DNA of 64,000 nt from Octopus sinensis (taxonomy: Eukaryota), in the NCBI RefSeq assembly GCF_006345805.1, contig NC_043013.1, forward strand, positions 3,410,001 through 3,474,000. The letters run 5' to 3'. Each line of letters opens with the position of its first letter. The stretch's first letter is position 1. The translations under genes were made by a program, and so were the position numbers. Positions 53,248 through 64,000 of this stretch are shown one piece after another. The notes under the pieces were generated by a model, which was given only the letters and a program-made list of their open reading frames with translations, had not been told where the DNA came from and made no database searches.

Positions 53248-53594
53248 CGTCGCCTTAAAAAGAAGTCTTTATTTTATTTAGGAGGATCTCTAATCATATA
53301 GAAATAACTCCGACTTGTTTGAACCTCAATAGTGCTCATCAGCAAAGCACCGTCCAACCATTGCTGTTGAATCTGAGAATGACCAGAGAATATAGGATTA
53401 CTGTCTCTATCTATTCATCTCTCTATGTGTGTGTGCGTGTGTGTGTATGTGTGTGTGTGTGCGTGTGTGTGTGCGTGTGTGTGTGCGTGTGTGTGTGTGT
53501 GTGTGTGAACGCGCATGGCTCAGTGGTTCTCAATGCATATCACATTATGTGGTTCTCAATGCATATCTCAATGCATATCACATAAATGCTATAA

Positions 53595-53790
53595 ATATTG
53601 ATTTCGAATTTTGGCACAAGGCCAACAATTTGAGGTGATTAAATCGACCCTAGTGCTTAACTGGTACCTATTTAAACGGCCCCGAATGATTAAAGGAAAA
53701 GCTGACCTCAGCGGAATTTAAACTGAGACGAAAGAAATGCCGTTAAGCATTTTGGCCGGTGCGGTAACGATACTGCCAGCTCGCCACCTT
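53595..53790 (-). mobile_element. SINE family A, old copy
   Basis: GGCACAAGGCC...CTGCCAGCTCGCC. Confidence 0.78.
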
Positions 53791-54237
53791 GACTGCTATA
53801 AGTAAAAGCATATAAATATTAGATTGAAAACCCTATTAGGTAGAAAATGTCGAAGGCTGCTCGCGGAATACAAACCCACTTCTCCCTGTGAATCAACAGT
53901 TATCTGGTGTTTGACGAGAAGACCCTGAATATATATATAATTTTTGAGACAGAACCACCTTCAACTCAATCAACACTGAAAGATTTTATACCTGACCACT
54001 CCATAAAATGTTAAAAATTGAAATCTTTAATAACTATATCTATTCTGAATCCTGTATTTTCCGTTTATAAGACTACATGTGTTTCATAAATGTATCTAGT
54101 TTCAATACTTACTCGGGTCGACATACTCCCAATCTTCAGGTCTGGATTCCTCAACATTTTTCACTACCCCTACCTTTTATATACTTCCATGATACTCTAT
54201 ATCTTCAATATAATCTTACTTAACATGTACAAAAAAT

Positions 54238-54291
54238 TTATTTCGTGTGGTATTTAATATACGTTTGTCATTGCTGTGTGTGGACGTGCAC

Positions 54292-54342
<51 letters not shown>

Positions 54343-54371
54343 TGTGTCTGTGTCTGTGTCTGTGTGTGTGT

Positions 54372-54402
<31 letters not shown>

Positions 54403-54452
54403 CACGCCCACAACAGCAATGACACACGTATATTAAATACCACACGAGATAA
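54238..54452. repeat. ~55-bp inverted arms around a (TG)n core
   Basis: 54238-54292 vs 54399-54452; both strands give MWYLIYVCHCC. Confidence 0.85.
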
Positions 54453-55235
54453 TATTTTGTTTCGCTGAAATTATCCTTCCTTTCTGTAAAACTAAAGCCT
54501 GGTGGTAAATAGGACTAAATCGAAATAGGAAAGGGAGACAATCTCAAGAATCAAGATTTTTTCCTGGATTGATGTGCCATTAAGAAAAAGGGGCCATTGG
54601 GGATACGTGTTTCTAAATCAAAAGGCGTCATCAGCATACCTGGTCTTCTTGCTTGACTCTAGCGGACAAGACTTAGACGTATACAAAAAGAGTAAAAAAC
54701 AGTCATGGCCTCGGGTAATTTGCATAACTAAAGAAAATTAAGATGAGAAAAGTTGTATTAAATATTATATACGAAATAGATTGTAGATTTATTGAGATCT
54801 CCCTCACTTCTAGAGTAGATATAAGGTTTGACTAGCTGGATCGGAACCAATTCCGAAGGGAGAAAAATAACATCAGGAATCAACAAATCTCCGGAGTTGA
54901 CAACCCCTTAAGGGAAAGATACTGTATACACACGCATATATATATAGAGAGAGAGAGAGAGAGGGGGGAGAGAGAGAGGTTATAAGAGGAAATGGTGTCA
55001 ATAAGATCCAAAGGTGTCAGGTAATGCTGAGTAAGTGCCATGGATGGACCATAGTTAAGCTCCAGGTTCGGTGATTTCACAAGGTATTGGAATCTTATAT
55101 GTATACCATTCTGCCTAAATAATGGATCTACAAACCCAATATCCCTGCATATCTCACATCTATTTTCATTCCCCCACTTCACTCTCTATTTCGTATCTTA
55201 TCTAAATTAACTATTGCTTAACCATTTCTCACACC

Positions 55236-55283
55236 GTCTCCGATGAAAGGATATAATAAATATCCTGGAAACAGCTGTAAGAC
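55236..55283 (+). ncRNA. Minimal type I hammerhead, U4C variant
   Basis: GTCT-CCGATGA-A-AGGATA TAATAAA TATCCT-G-GAA-ACAGCTGT-A-AGAC; palindromic stem III, GUA site. Confidence 0.68.
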
Positions 55284-56079
55284 CTTCTCTTTATAAATGT
55301 TCTAAAATCTTCACAGCCTTGGTTTTTATCTCATTCTGAAAAAAATTATATATGTATGTATGTATGTATATATACACGCATATGTGTGTGTAAGTGTGTA
55401 TGTGTGCGTGTGTGTGAGAGAGAGAGTGTGTGTATGCATAACTGAAAAACTTGGAGTCAACAAGAAGGGGTTCGGCAGGACATTTATTTTTAATCACTAC
55501 AATTGTTTACACGCATCGTAGTTCTCCAGATGTACAGGTAATTGCTTATGCAACTGTTTCCTTGCATTATGAGATCTAGTTGTGCTTCCTCAGGCGATAT
55601 GTAAATATTGTTTCCGTAAGTTTAAAATCCTCGACCTCAAGAACATCCTATCTTTCTGTTGAGCCTGAATTTAGTTGTAGTTTCTGAGTCTATTAGGGTG
55701 TGTTGTTGTCGATGGGCAGTTGCAAACTCCTTTGAATATGTAGTTGTAGTGGAATGGTGATTCTGATACTGTTCAATGGGTTGCTGTTTTAAAGGGATTT
55801 GGTGTTTTATTTGTACTATTGCTGATTTGTTCTCTGTGGTTGATTACACATGCGATTGTCTTTGGCTGGCCTTTAAAATTCAACGCTCATATCAGTGGCT
55901 GTGTGGTAAGTAGTTTGCTTACCAAACATATATATAAGGAAAATAGGACAAGGTAGAATATGCTAAAATAATCCTATCATGAAGAACATTTTAGTTTTTG
56001 CAACATTTTCAACTTAGAATAAAGCATGAAAAACAATTAAATTGTGGAGAAATTGAATGAAATGTATAGGCTTTCAATG

Positions 56080-56475
56080 TGTCCTACAGCTCAACATCCA
56101 CGAACTCAGACATCTTAAACTAAAGAATGATTTACAACCAAAAGCCCTACTATACATCTCCACACACAATCCCTTTAACAATGAAGCCTTTGACACCATC
56201 CTGAACATTCCTCTACTAAAAAGGGAACACAGAATGAATTTAATCCTCCAAACGCACACCATCATAAATAGCAACACACAACCCAAATCTATAAAAAGTC
56301 TCCTAACACAAGCTCAAGTACACTCGGCAGCAACCACTGAAGCCATCAGTAAAAAAAATGCGGAAGACATAACTGTGGTATATCCATCAATCTAATTGAG
56401 GAATCGGAGTTCTCTTTCAAACAGGGTCAACGTTTTACAGTGAAAAACAATTTCATATGACACGGAAACAGCAGT
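56080..56475 (+). pseudogene. Second Penelope-like linker/EN-proximal fragment
   Basis: LLYISTHNP..NEAF...QPKSIKSLLTQA...KCGRHNC..NLIEESEFSFKQGQRF; paralogous to the 27098 element. Confidence 0.82.
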
Positions 56476-57639
56476 TTTCTTTCAGAGGGAGGTTTCAACT
56501 CAACGTGGTTCACCTCTCCGGCCTTTATACTCTCATCTTTTTGCTTCTCTTATTTGAACTCTCATTTCTCCAGTTCTGTTTCGTAACTATTTTATATTTC
56601 AATTTAGTTTGTCTTCAATTAATTCAACTTTACTTTTCGCATTTTATTTTCTATTTCATGTTTAATTCCTGCTTATGATTTTAAGTATTAATTCAACCAT
56701 TTACGTGTCAACATACACTGCTAGAACTTGTATTCTGCCGAACAAATCCGTACGCATTCCCTTAAACCGAAACTTTGCAGCGTCATTGTTGACATATGTC
56801 TGTGCTACATCCTACACGTTGTCAAGTAATTGGCTTTACGATCAAGACGCTAACCAATTTTCCTTTGATTCCTTTAGTGCATAGATTTGGACTGTTTCAC
56901 GAGTTACACACTTTCCATCTTTATGATTTTCAAGTATCCAACTCGGCAAGTTTCTTCTTCGGCGGCGGCGGCCACTCGTCAATGGTTCACCTCACTCAGC
57001 ACTCTAAGATTTTGCATCATTTTATGATTATTCTATATCTTTCTCTTGTCTCTCTTTAGTTTCAGCGAGACACGAAATTCTTTTACTACGACTTATTTGT
57101 CTTCTCGTCAGCTTCAATATCTTTTAGTTCTGTATCCTTATTATTGTTTGTTTCTGTGAAATATCTTTTCCATAAAATGACGGTAAAAATTTAAAGCGAA
57201 ACTAAACGACTGTACTTCACAATCTATAAGAAATAACTAACACAGCTGACCTCCCAAGTGACATTGTGACACGACTTTTACCTGATTCTGATACAGTATT
57301 CCCAATCACCGCAGCTGAGAGAAGTGGCCAATTGGAATTTAGCCAAATTTTGGGACAATTTTAGTGAGCACATTCCTGTCTCAAACATCATCCACAGTGT
57401 TCCCTCGCTCGGTGAAGATTCAATTTCTTGCTGTATCATTTAAACACAAGATACTTACTCAAACAGTAAGTGTTAATCTCGAGCCTGCAATAAATTAGAG
57501 TCGACTTTTATACAACATGCATGGAAAATTCGAGATATTTAATCCCAGAATGGAGACTAAGTATATGAAAAATATCATGTCGATATTCATTCGAGTATAT
57601 ACGGTATACACGCGTGCATCTGGTGGTTCCTGCAATGCA

Positions 57640-57717
<78 letters not shown>

Positions 57718-59132
57718 CTATATATATATAAAATAAATAGTAATAATATATATATATATTTGTATACATTATTATTGTTATCATTATATTATTATTATTA
57801 TTATTATATTATTATATTATTATTATTATTATTATTACTTAATTTCGCATTCCCATAGAAACAGTTTGCATTTAAAGACTCTATATTTATTCTGCATCTT
57901 TTCTTTATAAAATCTAAAATAATTTACTCGCCTTACAGTTTCTGTTATTTCGATTTCTTTACATTTTTATTGTCTCCAAAGATCAAACCAAATATTTTTT
58001 CACCGAACTCTTTCTCCAGTTTCGTCAGGGATTGTTTTTTTTCCATCAACTTTCAAAAATCCTCATTTAGTATTCAGTTTTTCTTACGTGGCAGCATTTC
58101 CCTATTCCAACATTCAAATATTTGCAAATCCTGCGTTTGGCTCCAACGAATTGTGTCCCTTCCACCTTACCAGATAAGGAATTAACTTTATAGTTCAATA
58201 CTTTTGCTTTCTTATACAGATTTCATACGGTTGATGTTTGGATGTTTTAAACATTCCGAATGTTATTTTTTAACCGTTCCTTCAACGTATCCCTTCGTAA
58301 TACAGAACTCCTACACCTACCCTACATATTCCATTTCGATCCCTCTTTCACTCCATCACTAATTTTCTTTTAATTACTCTTTAACCTAGTTACGTGAAGT
58401 ATAAACATTCATCTAATTAATTGCCAGAAATTCATATAAATACAAAACAATTAACAGAAATAGTTAGAACTAATAATCGAGGATTATAAATAAACTGTGA
58501 CAGGGCGACTAACAGCATTGTTACTCTATCTTCCACTGACCCCGAACGAGGTTGAGGAGTATCAAATTTCTTTACTGGATGTCAATACTATTTACCCGTA
58601 GTAAGAGAGAACAATAGCTTATAAGGTTGAGGGCTAGAGACAGAAGGACCTAGCTCTGTATAGATGCCACACTAACTAAATTCAATCCTCTTCTCTTTTC
58701 TACTGTAACCCCGGGACAACCAAAGCCTTGTAAGTGGATTTGGTAGACGGAAACTGAAAGAAGCCCGTAGCATTTGCGTGTATGCGTGTGTGTGTGTATA
58801 GGTGTCTGTGTATGTGCGCATGTGTGTGTACGTGCGCATGTGTTTTGTACGCATGTGTGTGTGTACGCATGTGTGTGTGTACGCATGTGTGTGTACGCAT
58901 GTGTGCACCCATGTGTGTGTGTCTGTCTGTTTATCTGTCTGTCATTGTTACTCTATCTGTTTAAGATAATTAGCAATACCATAGCTACCTTTTGCATGTA
59001 TATGGTAAATACTACCACCTCACATCGTTTCCAGAATATAGTAGTAAACACCAAAAAGGGAAATAATCAGAGAAAGGTTTGAAAGTCAACGTAAGATCGT
59101 AATACTTCATGTAAAGTAAAGTAAATATAACA

Positions 59133-59316
59133 AGTAATCCAGAATCCTTGTTCGGTACTGGATCGATCCCAAAATCTAATCAGGTCGTGCCAGTCACGAG
59201 GTCAAACGTCCCTGAAAGTTTCATCTGAATCCATCCAGCGGTTCTTGAGATATCTTGTCCATAGACAAACACGACTGAAAACAATACCTCTGGCTTCGCT
59301 AAGGCGGAGGTAATAA
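59133..59316 (+). mobile_element. Helentron-associated (HINE/DINE-like) non-autonomous fragment
   Basis: AAAGTTTCATC.GAATCC..CCAGCGGTTCTTGAGATATC...GAAAACAATACCTC...GGCGGAGGTAATAA terminal hairpin; family assignment from recall. Confidence 0.55.
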
Positions 59317-59367
59317 TCGCCATCATCGTACCGTTTTTGTTTAACTGTTATTTATTGAATTGTTGGA

Positions 59368-59613
59368 TTGTTGTTATACCCAAAAAGTGTAAAGACAGAG
59401 AAGAGAATTGCTAAGATGAAGAACGTTATAAGAGTGAAATTAGCGGCCAAAGAGTGTAACGAAGGTTTTAAAGCTGCTTTGTTGGGAAAAGAAAGCGGAG
59501 AGAAACTGAAGGAGTTGTTTGGCGAAAGAATAGAGATGATAGGGATACACATTGTCTACGACGAATTGCCGCCGGTGGTGGCCATCGAAGAGCTAATAGA
59601 GTATATGTTATAA
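59368..59613 (+). CDS. Orphan coding-like ORF (65 aa from ATG 59416), function unknown
   Basis: Non-repetitive, K/E-rich, stop-free; no recognisable motif. Confidence 0.2.
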   Translation: MLLYPKSVKTEKRIAKMKNVIRVKLAAKECNEGFKAALLGKESGEKLKELFGERIEMIGIHIVYDELPPVVAIEELIEYML

Positions 59614-59857
59614 ACCAACGGATACAAGACCGATATGAACTGTTCATTTAAAAACAGTAAAATGGAACTACCTGCTTTTGGGGGGGGGGGTAAGCCATTT
59701 CATTCTCGTTTTTATTATGTCCATAATTCGTTCCATATGTATTTCTATGTACCGCCAATGTATTGTTTTGTCTCTTCTCTACTGAAGCCTTGTGCTTAAT
59801 TAAAGAAATAAGGGCGTTGGTGTTGCCTTGGCAGAGGTTTCCGCTCTCTGAGCGCTC

Positions 59858-59877
59858 TTATTATTATTATTATTATT

Positions 59878-59927
<50 letters not shown>

Positions 59928-59936
59928 TATCATTAA

Positions 59937-59971
<35 letters not shown>

Positions 59972-60090
59972 TATTATTATTATATCATCATCATCCCCAT
60001 CATCATCATCATCATCACCACCACCATCACCATCACTATCATCATCAACGTCGTCGTCGTCGTCCGTCACCGTCGTCATCGACATCATTA
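59858..60090. repeat. (ATT/ATC)n compound tract
   Basis: Direct reading. Confidence 0.92.
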
Positions 60091-60930
60091 TTTCATTTAC
60101 ACACAAAAGATTAGACTGTTGGAAAAATATTCCTAACATCAGTCGACAATAAGTAACCTTAGATGCCAAGGAGCCTTCCTAAGTACCCTATCAGTCCTTA
60201 ATAATATTGCTTTCTGGAGCTTCACTAAACTAGTTTTTACGCCTATTTCCTCTCTCCATCTGTTCAAATCTTTAAGTATAATTTCTAATGCACCTGTAAC
60301 TACAGGAACACATTTTACCTGCGCTTTCTATAGCCCCTCTGTAACTCAAGGGCTTGGTCCTTGTACTTCACTGTTTTCTCTCATATTGACTTTCTCATCA
60401 TTTGGGACAATAAAGTCAATTACCTGGCATTTTCTCTTCTCTTTGTGTACTACTACTAAATCAGGTCTTCTAGCACATTACTAGGTTTCATGTGCATACG
60501 ATTTATCAGTATGGTCAAATCCAAGCTTTCTACATAACTTTCAACATAACTAAGTTGTCATGTCTTTTCTTGTATTTTTTCTGAGCCAGCATACTACATT
60601 CACTAACCTACACTGGGAATCTACCTGAATTTTGCCTATCTTAGCTTTTATCCAATTATTCCTCAATGCCTGATCTTGTACTGCTACTAACAAACTATCT
60701 GTCTCCTTTCTCAGCCTTTTGTTCTGTAACTATCTTTGGAAATTTACCATGAAAAACCTTCTCTTGCCAGTTAGATAATCTTTCTTTTTTTCTGGTTTTT
60801 AACTACATTTATCTTTTATGGTTTCCTTATCTCCTACCGTTTCACTAGCAGCTCGTAATAAAATTCCCTCGCTATTGCCTACATAAGAGGCTCTATAGGC
60901 AATAGTAAGCCTTCTATTGACATCTAGCGC
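60090..60930 (-). pseudogene. R4/Dong-like LINE 3' end (zinc-knuckle region plus RLE)
   Basis: KKETDSLLVAVQDQALRNNWIKAKI, YKKRHD, RRPDLVVV..EKRKC.VIDF.VPND, VPVVTGAL, LQKAILLRT.RVLRK. Confidence 0.82.
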
Positions 60931-61222
60931 TTTCTTTTCTATGTAAATACAATCTTGCTGCTCCCGCTCTAGGGTGGTGATTGGGTAGTGAAACGTGTAC
61001 TTTTAAAAATTGAACCAAGTTTTTTATATCACCTATCACTTAACGCATGCGCATAAGTGTAATTCCGTGAAATATTCACTCTTATTTACGTGGCAGATAT
61101 ATGCAATTTAGCTAAAGTCTGTATCATATGTACGGCGATATTTTTTATGAGAAAAATTGAAAAATATTTATTTTATGAGTGCTGTGTACTAAGTCGATAA
61201 AATTAATGCATAAATATATATA

Positions 61223-61271
<49 letters not shown>

Positions 61272-61450
61272 CATTAAGTAATCATTGCATTCCAATTTCC
61301 TTCACTTTTCAATGAATAGCAAATGAGTAACCTATCTTTTGATACAGACACAACACAGGCTATGCTTTCAGGTTTTGGGGATAAAGCTTTCAGAAATAAC
61401 CCAATAATAGATTTACCATTAATTCCGTGAAATATTCATGGGTCCCGCTA

Positions 61451-61478
61451 GTTATTATCATCATCATCATCATCATCA

Positions 61479-61527
<49 letters not shown>

Positions 61528-61598
61528 CATCATCATTATTATCATTATTATTATTATTATCATCATCATCATCATCATTATTATTATCATTATTACTA

Positions 61599-61644
<46 letters not shown>

Positions 61645-61691
61645 CATCATCATTATTATCATCATCATCATTATTATTATCATTATTACTA

Positions 61692-61725
<34 letters not shown>

Positions 61726-61782
61726 CATTATTATTATTATCATCATCATCATCATCATCATTATTATTATTATCATTATTAC

Positions 61783-61827
<45 letters not shown>

Positions 61828-61997
61828 CATCATTATTATCATTATCATTATTATCATCATCATCATCATCATCATCATTATTATTATTATTATCATTATT
61901 ACTATTATTATTATTATTATTATTATCATTATTATTATTATTATCATTATTATTATTATCATCATCATCATCATCATCATCATTATTATTATTATTA

Positions 61998-62041
<44 letters not shown>
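61451..62041. repeat. ~590-bp pure (ATT/ATC)n
   Basis: Direct reading. Confidence 0.95.
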
Positions 62042-62043
<2 letters not shown>

Positions 62044-62174
62044 ACATTTTATAGTTTGAGGCAGATTTCTACTTCATCACCTGCTACACCTCCGTGTTGC
62101 TGGGGGAGCGTGCATTGTGTGTCCTTCCTTGTCGTTGGGGGGGGGTGCAAACTTTTCTCGGTATTGCATTGCGT

Positions 62175-62280
62175 CGTGCCTTTCATCTTTTCGGGGATCA
62201 ATAAAATACGTACCAGTCGAGCACTGAGATCGATGTAATCCCCCGAAATTTCAGGCCTTGTGCCTATATTAGAAAGTAGT
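62175..62280 (+). mobile_element. SINE family A 3' fragment
   Basis: GCCTTTCATCTTTTCGGGG...GGCCTTGTGCCTATATTAGAAAG. Confidence 0.72.
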
Positions 62281-62319
62281 GATGGTGTTGGTGGTGGTGG
62301 TGGTGGTGGTGGTGGTAGC

Positions 62320-62400
<81 letters not shown>

Positions 62401-62411
62401 AGCAGCAGCAA

Positions 62412-62457
<46 letters not shown>

Positions 62458-62600
62458 GGTGGTGGTGGTGGTGGTGTGGTGGTGGTGGTGGTGGTGGTGG
62501 TGGTGGTGGTGGTGGTTGTGGTGGTGGTGGTGGTAGCAGTAGTAGTAGTAGTACTAGTAGTAGTAGTGATGGTGGTGGTGGTGGTGGTGGTGGTAGTAGC

Positions 62601-62639
<39 letters not shown>

Positions 62640-62750
62640 GGTAGTGGTGGTGGTGGTTGTAGCAGTAGTAGTAGTAGTAGTAGCAGCAACAGCAGCAACA
62701 GCAGCAGCACCAGCAACAACAACAACAAAGATAACTGTAGCAGTAGTAGT
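62281..62750. repeat. (GTA/GTG/GCA)n compound tract
   Basis: Direct reading. Confidence 0.92.
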
Positions 62751-63382
62751 ATGCGGTTCATGTGGCCTATAAAGAAAGAATTTTTTGTTACCATTATTAT
62801 TAGTATAATTATTATTATTTTCATCATCACTGTTGTTATTTTGAATATTATTACAACCGCTCTATTGTTTCGTTACATTTAGCTTATCAAAACAAAATTT
62901 TAACGGCAGGAAAGTGGTTGGTTACAGAGAAAGACAGGTAATAAACTTAAAAAAATAAAATGGCAGGAAGAAATGTCGAAAGTGACAGAACAAAATCCAA
63001 TCTGTTGACTTGATTTTTTTTGATTTTTTTTTATGTTAGTTGTAATGTGAATGCAAGGGGTAAGTTTTGAAAACTGTTGTGATTTAAATATAGGACAGAG
63101 TAAAGGTCGTTGCCCCTTTGTACTTTATTTAATGGAATTGTTTTAAGAGGATGACGAAAGAGGGAAGAGAGGGGAAAGGATAGAAAAGAGGGAAAAAGAA
63201 GAGGGAAGAGGAAGTAAAAACGAGAAGTGATAGGGAATGAGGTTAGCAGACTTACAACTATATGTCCAAATTAGTGTCAATGTGAAAATTAATTAATTCC
63301 TGAATAAATTATTGTGCTAAAGCTATGCAAGGACATTGTGAAACTGTGTTATTTCGTGTCGTCATGTTTAAATAATTAAGAA

Positions 63383-63730
63383 TGGTTTGGCTATGCAGTT
63401 AAGAATTTAGCTTCGCAATCTCTTAGTTTTGAGTTCAGTCCCACTGCATGACGCTTTTGGTAAGTATTGCCTACTGTAACATCAGACCAATCAAAACCTT
63501 GTGAAAAATATTGGTAAACGGAAACTATGCGGAAGCTTTTCGTGTGTGCACAGCTTGATCACCAGTGTTGGTTTGTTTGCGTCCCCATAACTTAGCAGTT
63601 CGGCAAAAAGAGGCTAGTAGAAGTACCGGACTTTAAAATTATTACTGGGATTGATTTAGTCGATTACATCATCAAGACTATGCCCCAGCATGGCCGCAGT
63701 CCTTTGACTGAAATAAGTAAAAAAATAAGA
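63383..63730 (+). mobile_element. SINE family B, old copy
   Basis: GAGTTCAGTCCCACTGC...CTTAGCAGTTCGGCAAAA...CAGCATGGCCGCAGTC. Confidence 0.78.
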
Positions 63731-64000
63731 GCTCAGGAATAACAAGGTTAGGATACAAGAGACTATACAAACACACCTTTATGTACCCACATACATACAC
63801 ATCTCCATATGCATACACATGCATGTACATACACACATATACATAGACACATATACAGGTATGTATACATAACGTAACACACGCTCATATACACGTGAGT
63901 GAGTGTTTCTATAAATGAACGTGTAACAATGTTTAAAGAGTGTGTATTGATCAGAATTTTAACTCGTGGAATATGTATAGACGCAGATGCAGCTGTGTGG

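Noticed and set aside
57480-57606. Tc2/pogo-like TIR (CGAGTATATACGG-TA)
   Set aside because: Only one end visible; partner TIR not found
61390-62830. Long ORFs (poly-Ile, His/Tyr, Asn/Asp, Ser/Val)
   Set aside because: Stop-free frames of trinucleotide microsatellites; the same applies to the YI/CV/HT/LSIY ORFs throughout the window

Overview
AT-rich, repeat-saturated, non-coding eukaryotic DNA. The SINE families and microsatellite load point to an octopod cephalopod (inference from my recognition of the repeats, not a search). No intact host gene can be supported: almost all listed ORFs are microsatellite artefacts or transposon fossils. The window holds three tRNA-derived SINE families, decayed DD37D and DD34D Tc1/mariner elements, a Helitron RepHel fossil plus two non-autonomous Helitrons, a hAT MITE with an 8-bp TSD, HERO- and R4/Dong-like LINE fragments, Penelope-like (PLE) RT and GIY-YIG fragments, and a 100-N gap. 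The most interesting signal is a set of type I hammerhead ribozyme (HHR) motifs of unrelated sequence, several inside inverted-repeat structures. A 1.24-kb fold-back (39027-40270) carries one HHR in each arm in opposite orientation, and a fully canonical HHR lies at 5257-5317(-) inside a unit with 92-bp inverted repeats. About ten further local inverted duplications, a candidate RFX/TALE regulatory cluster and one orphan coding-like ORF are also noted. All coordinates and alignments were read by eye.
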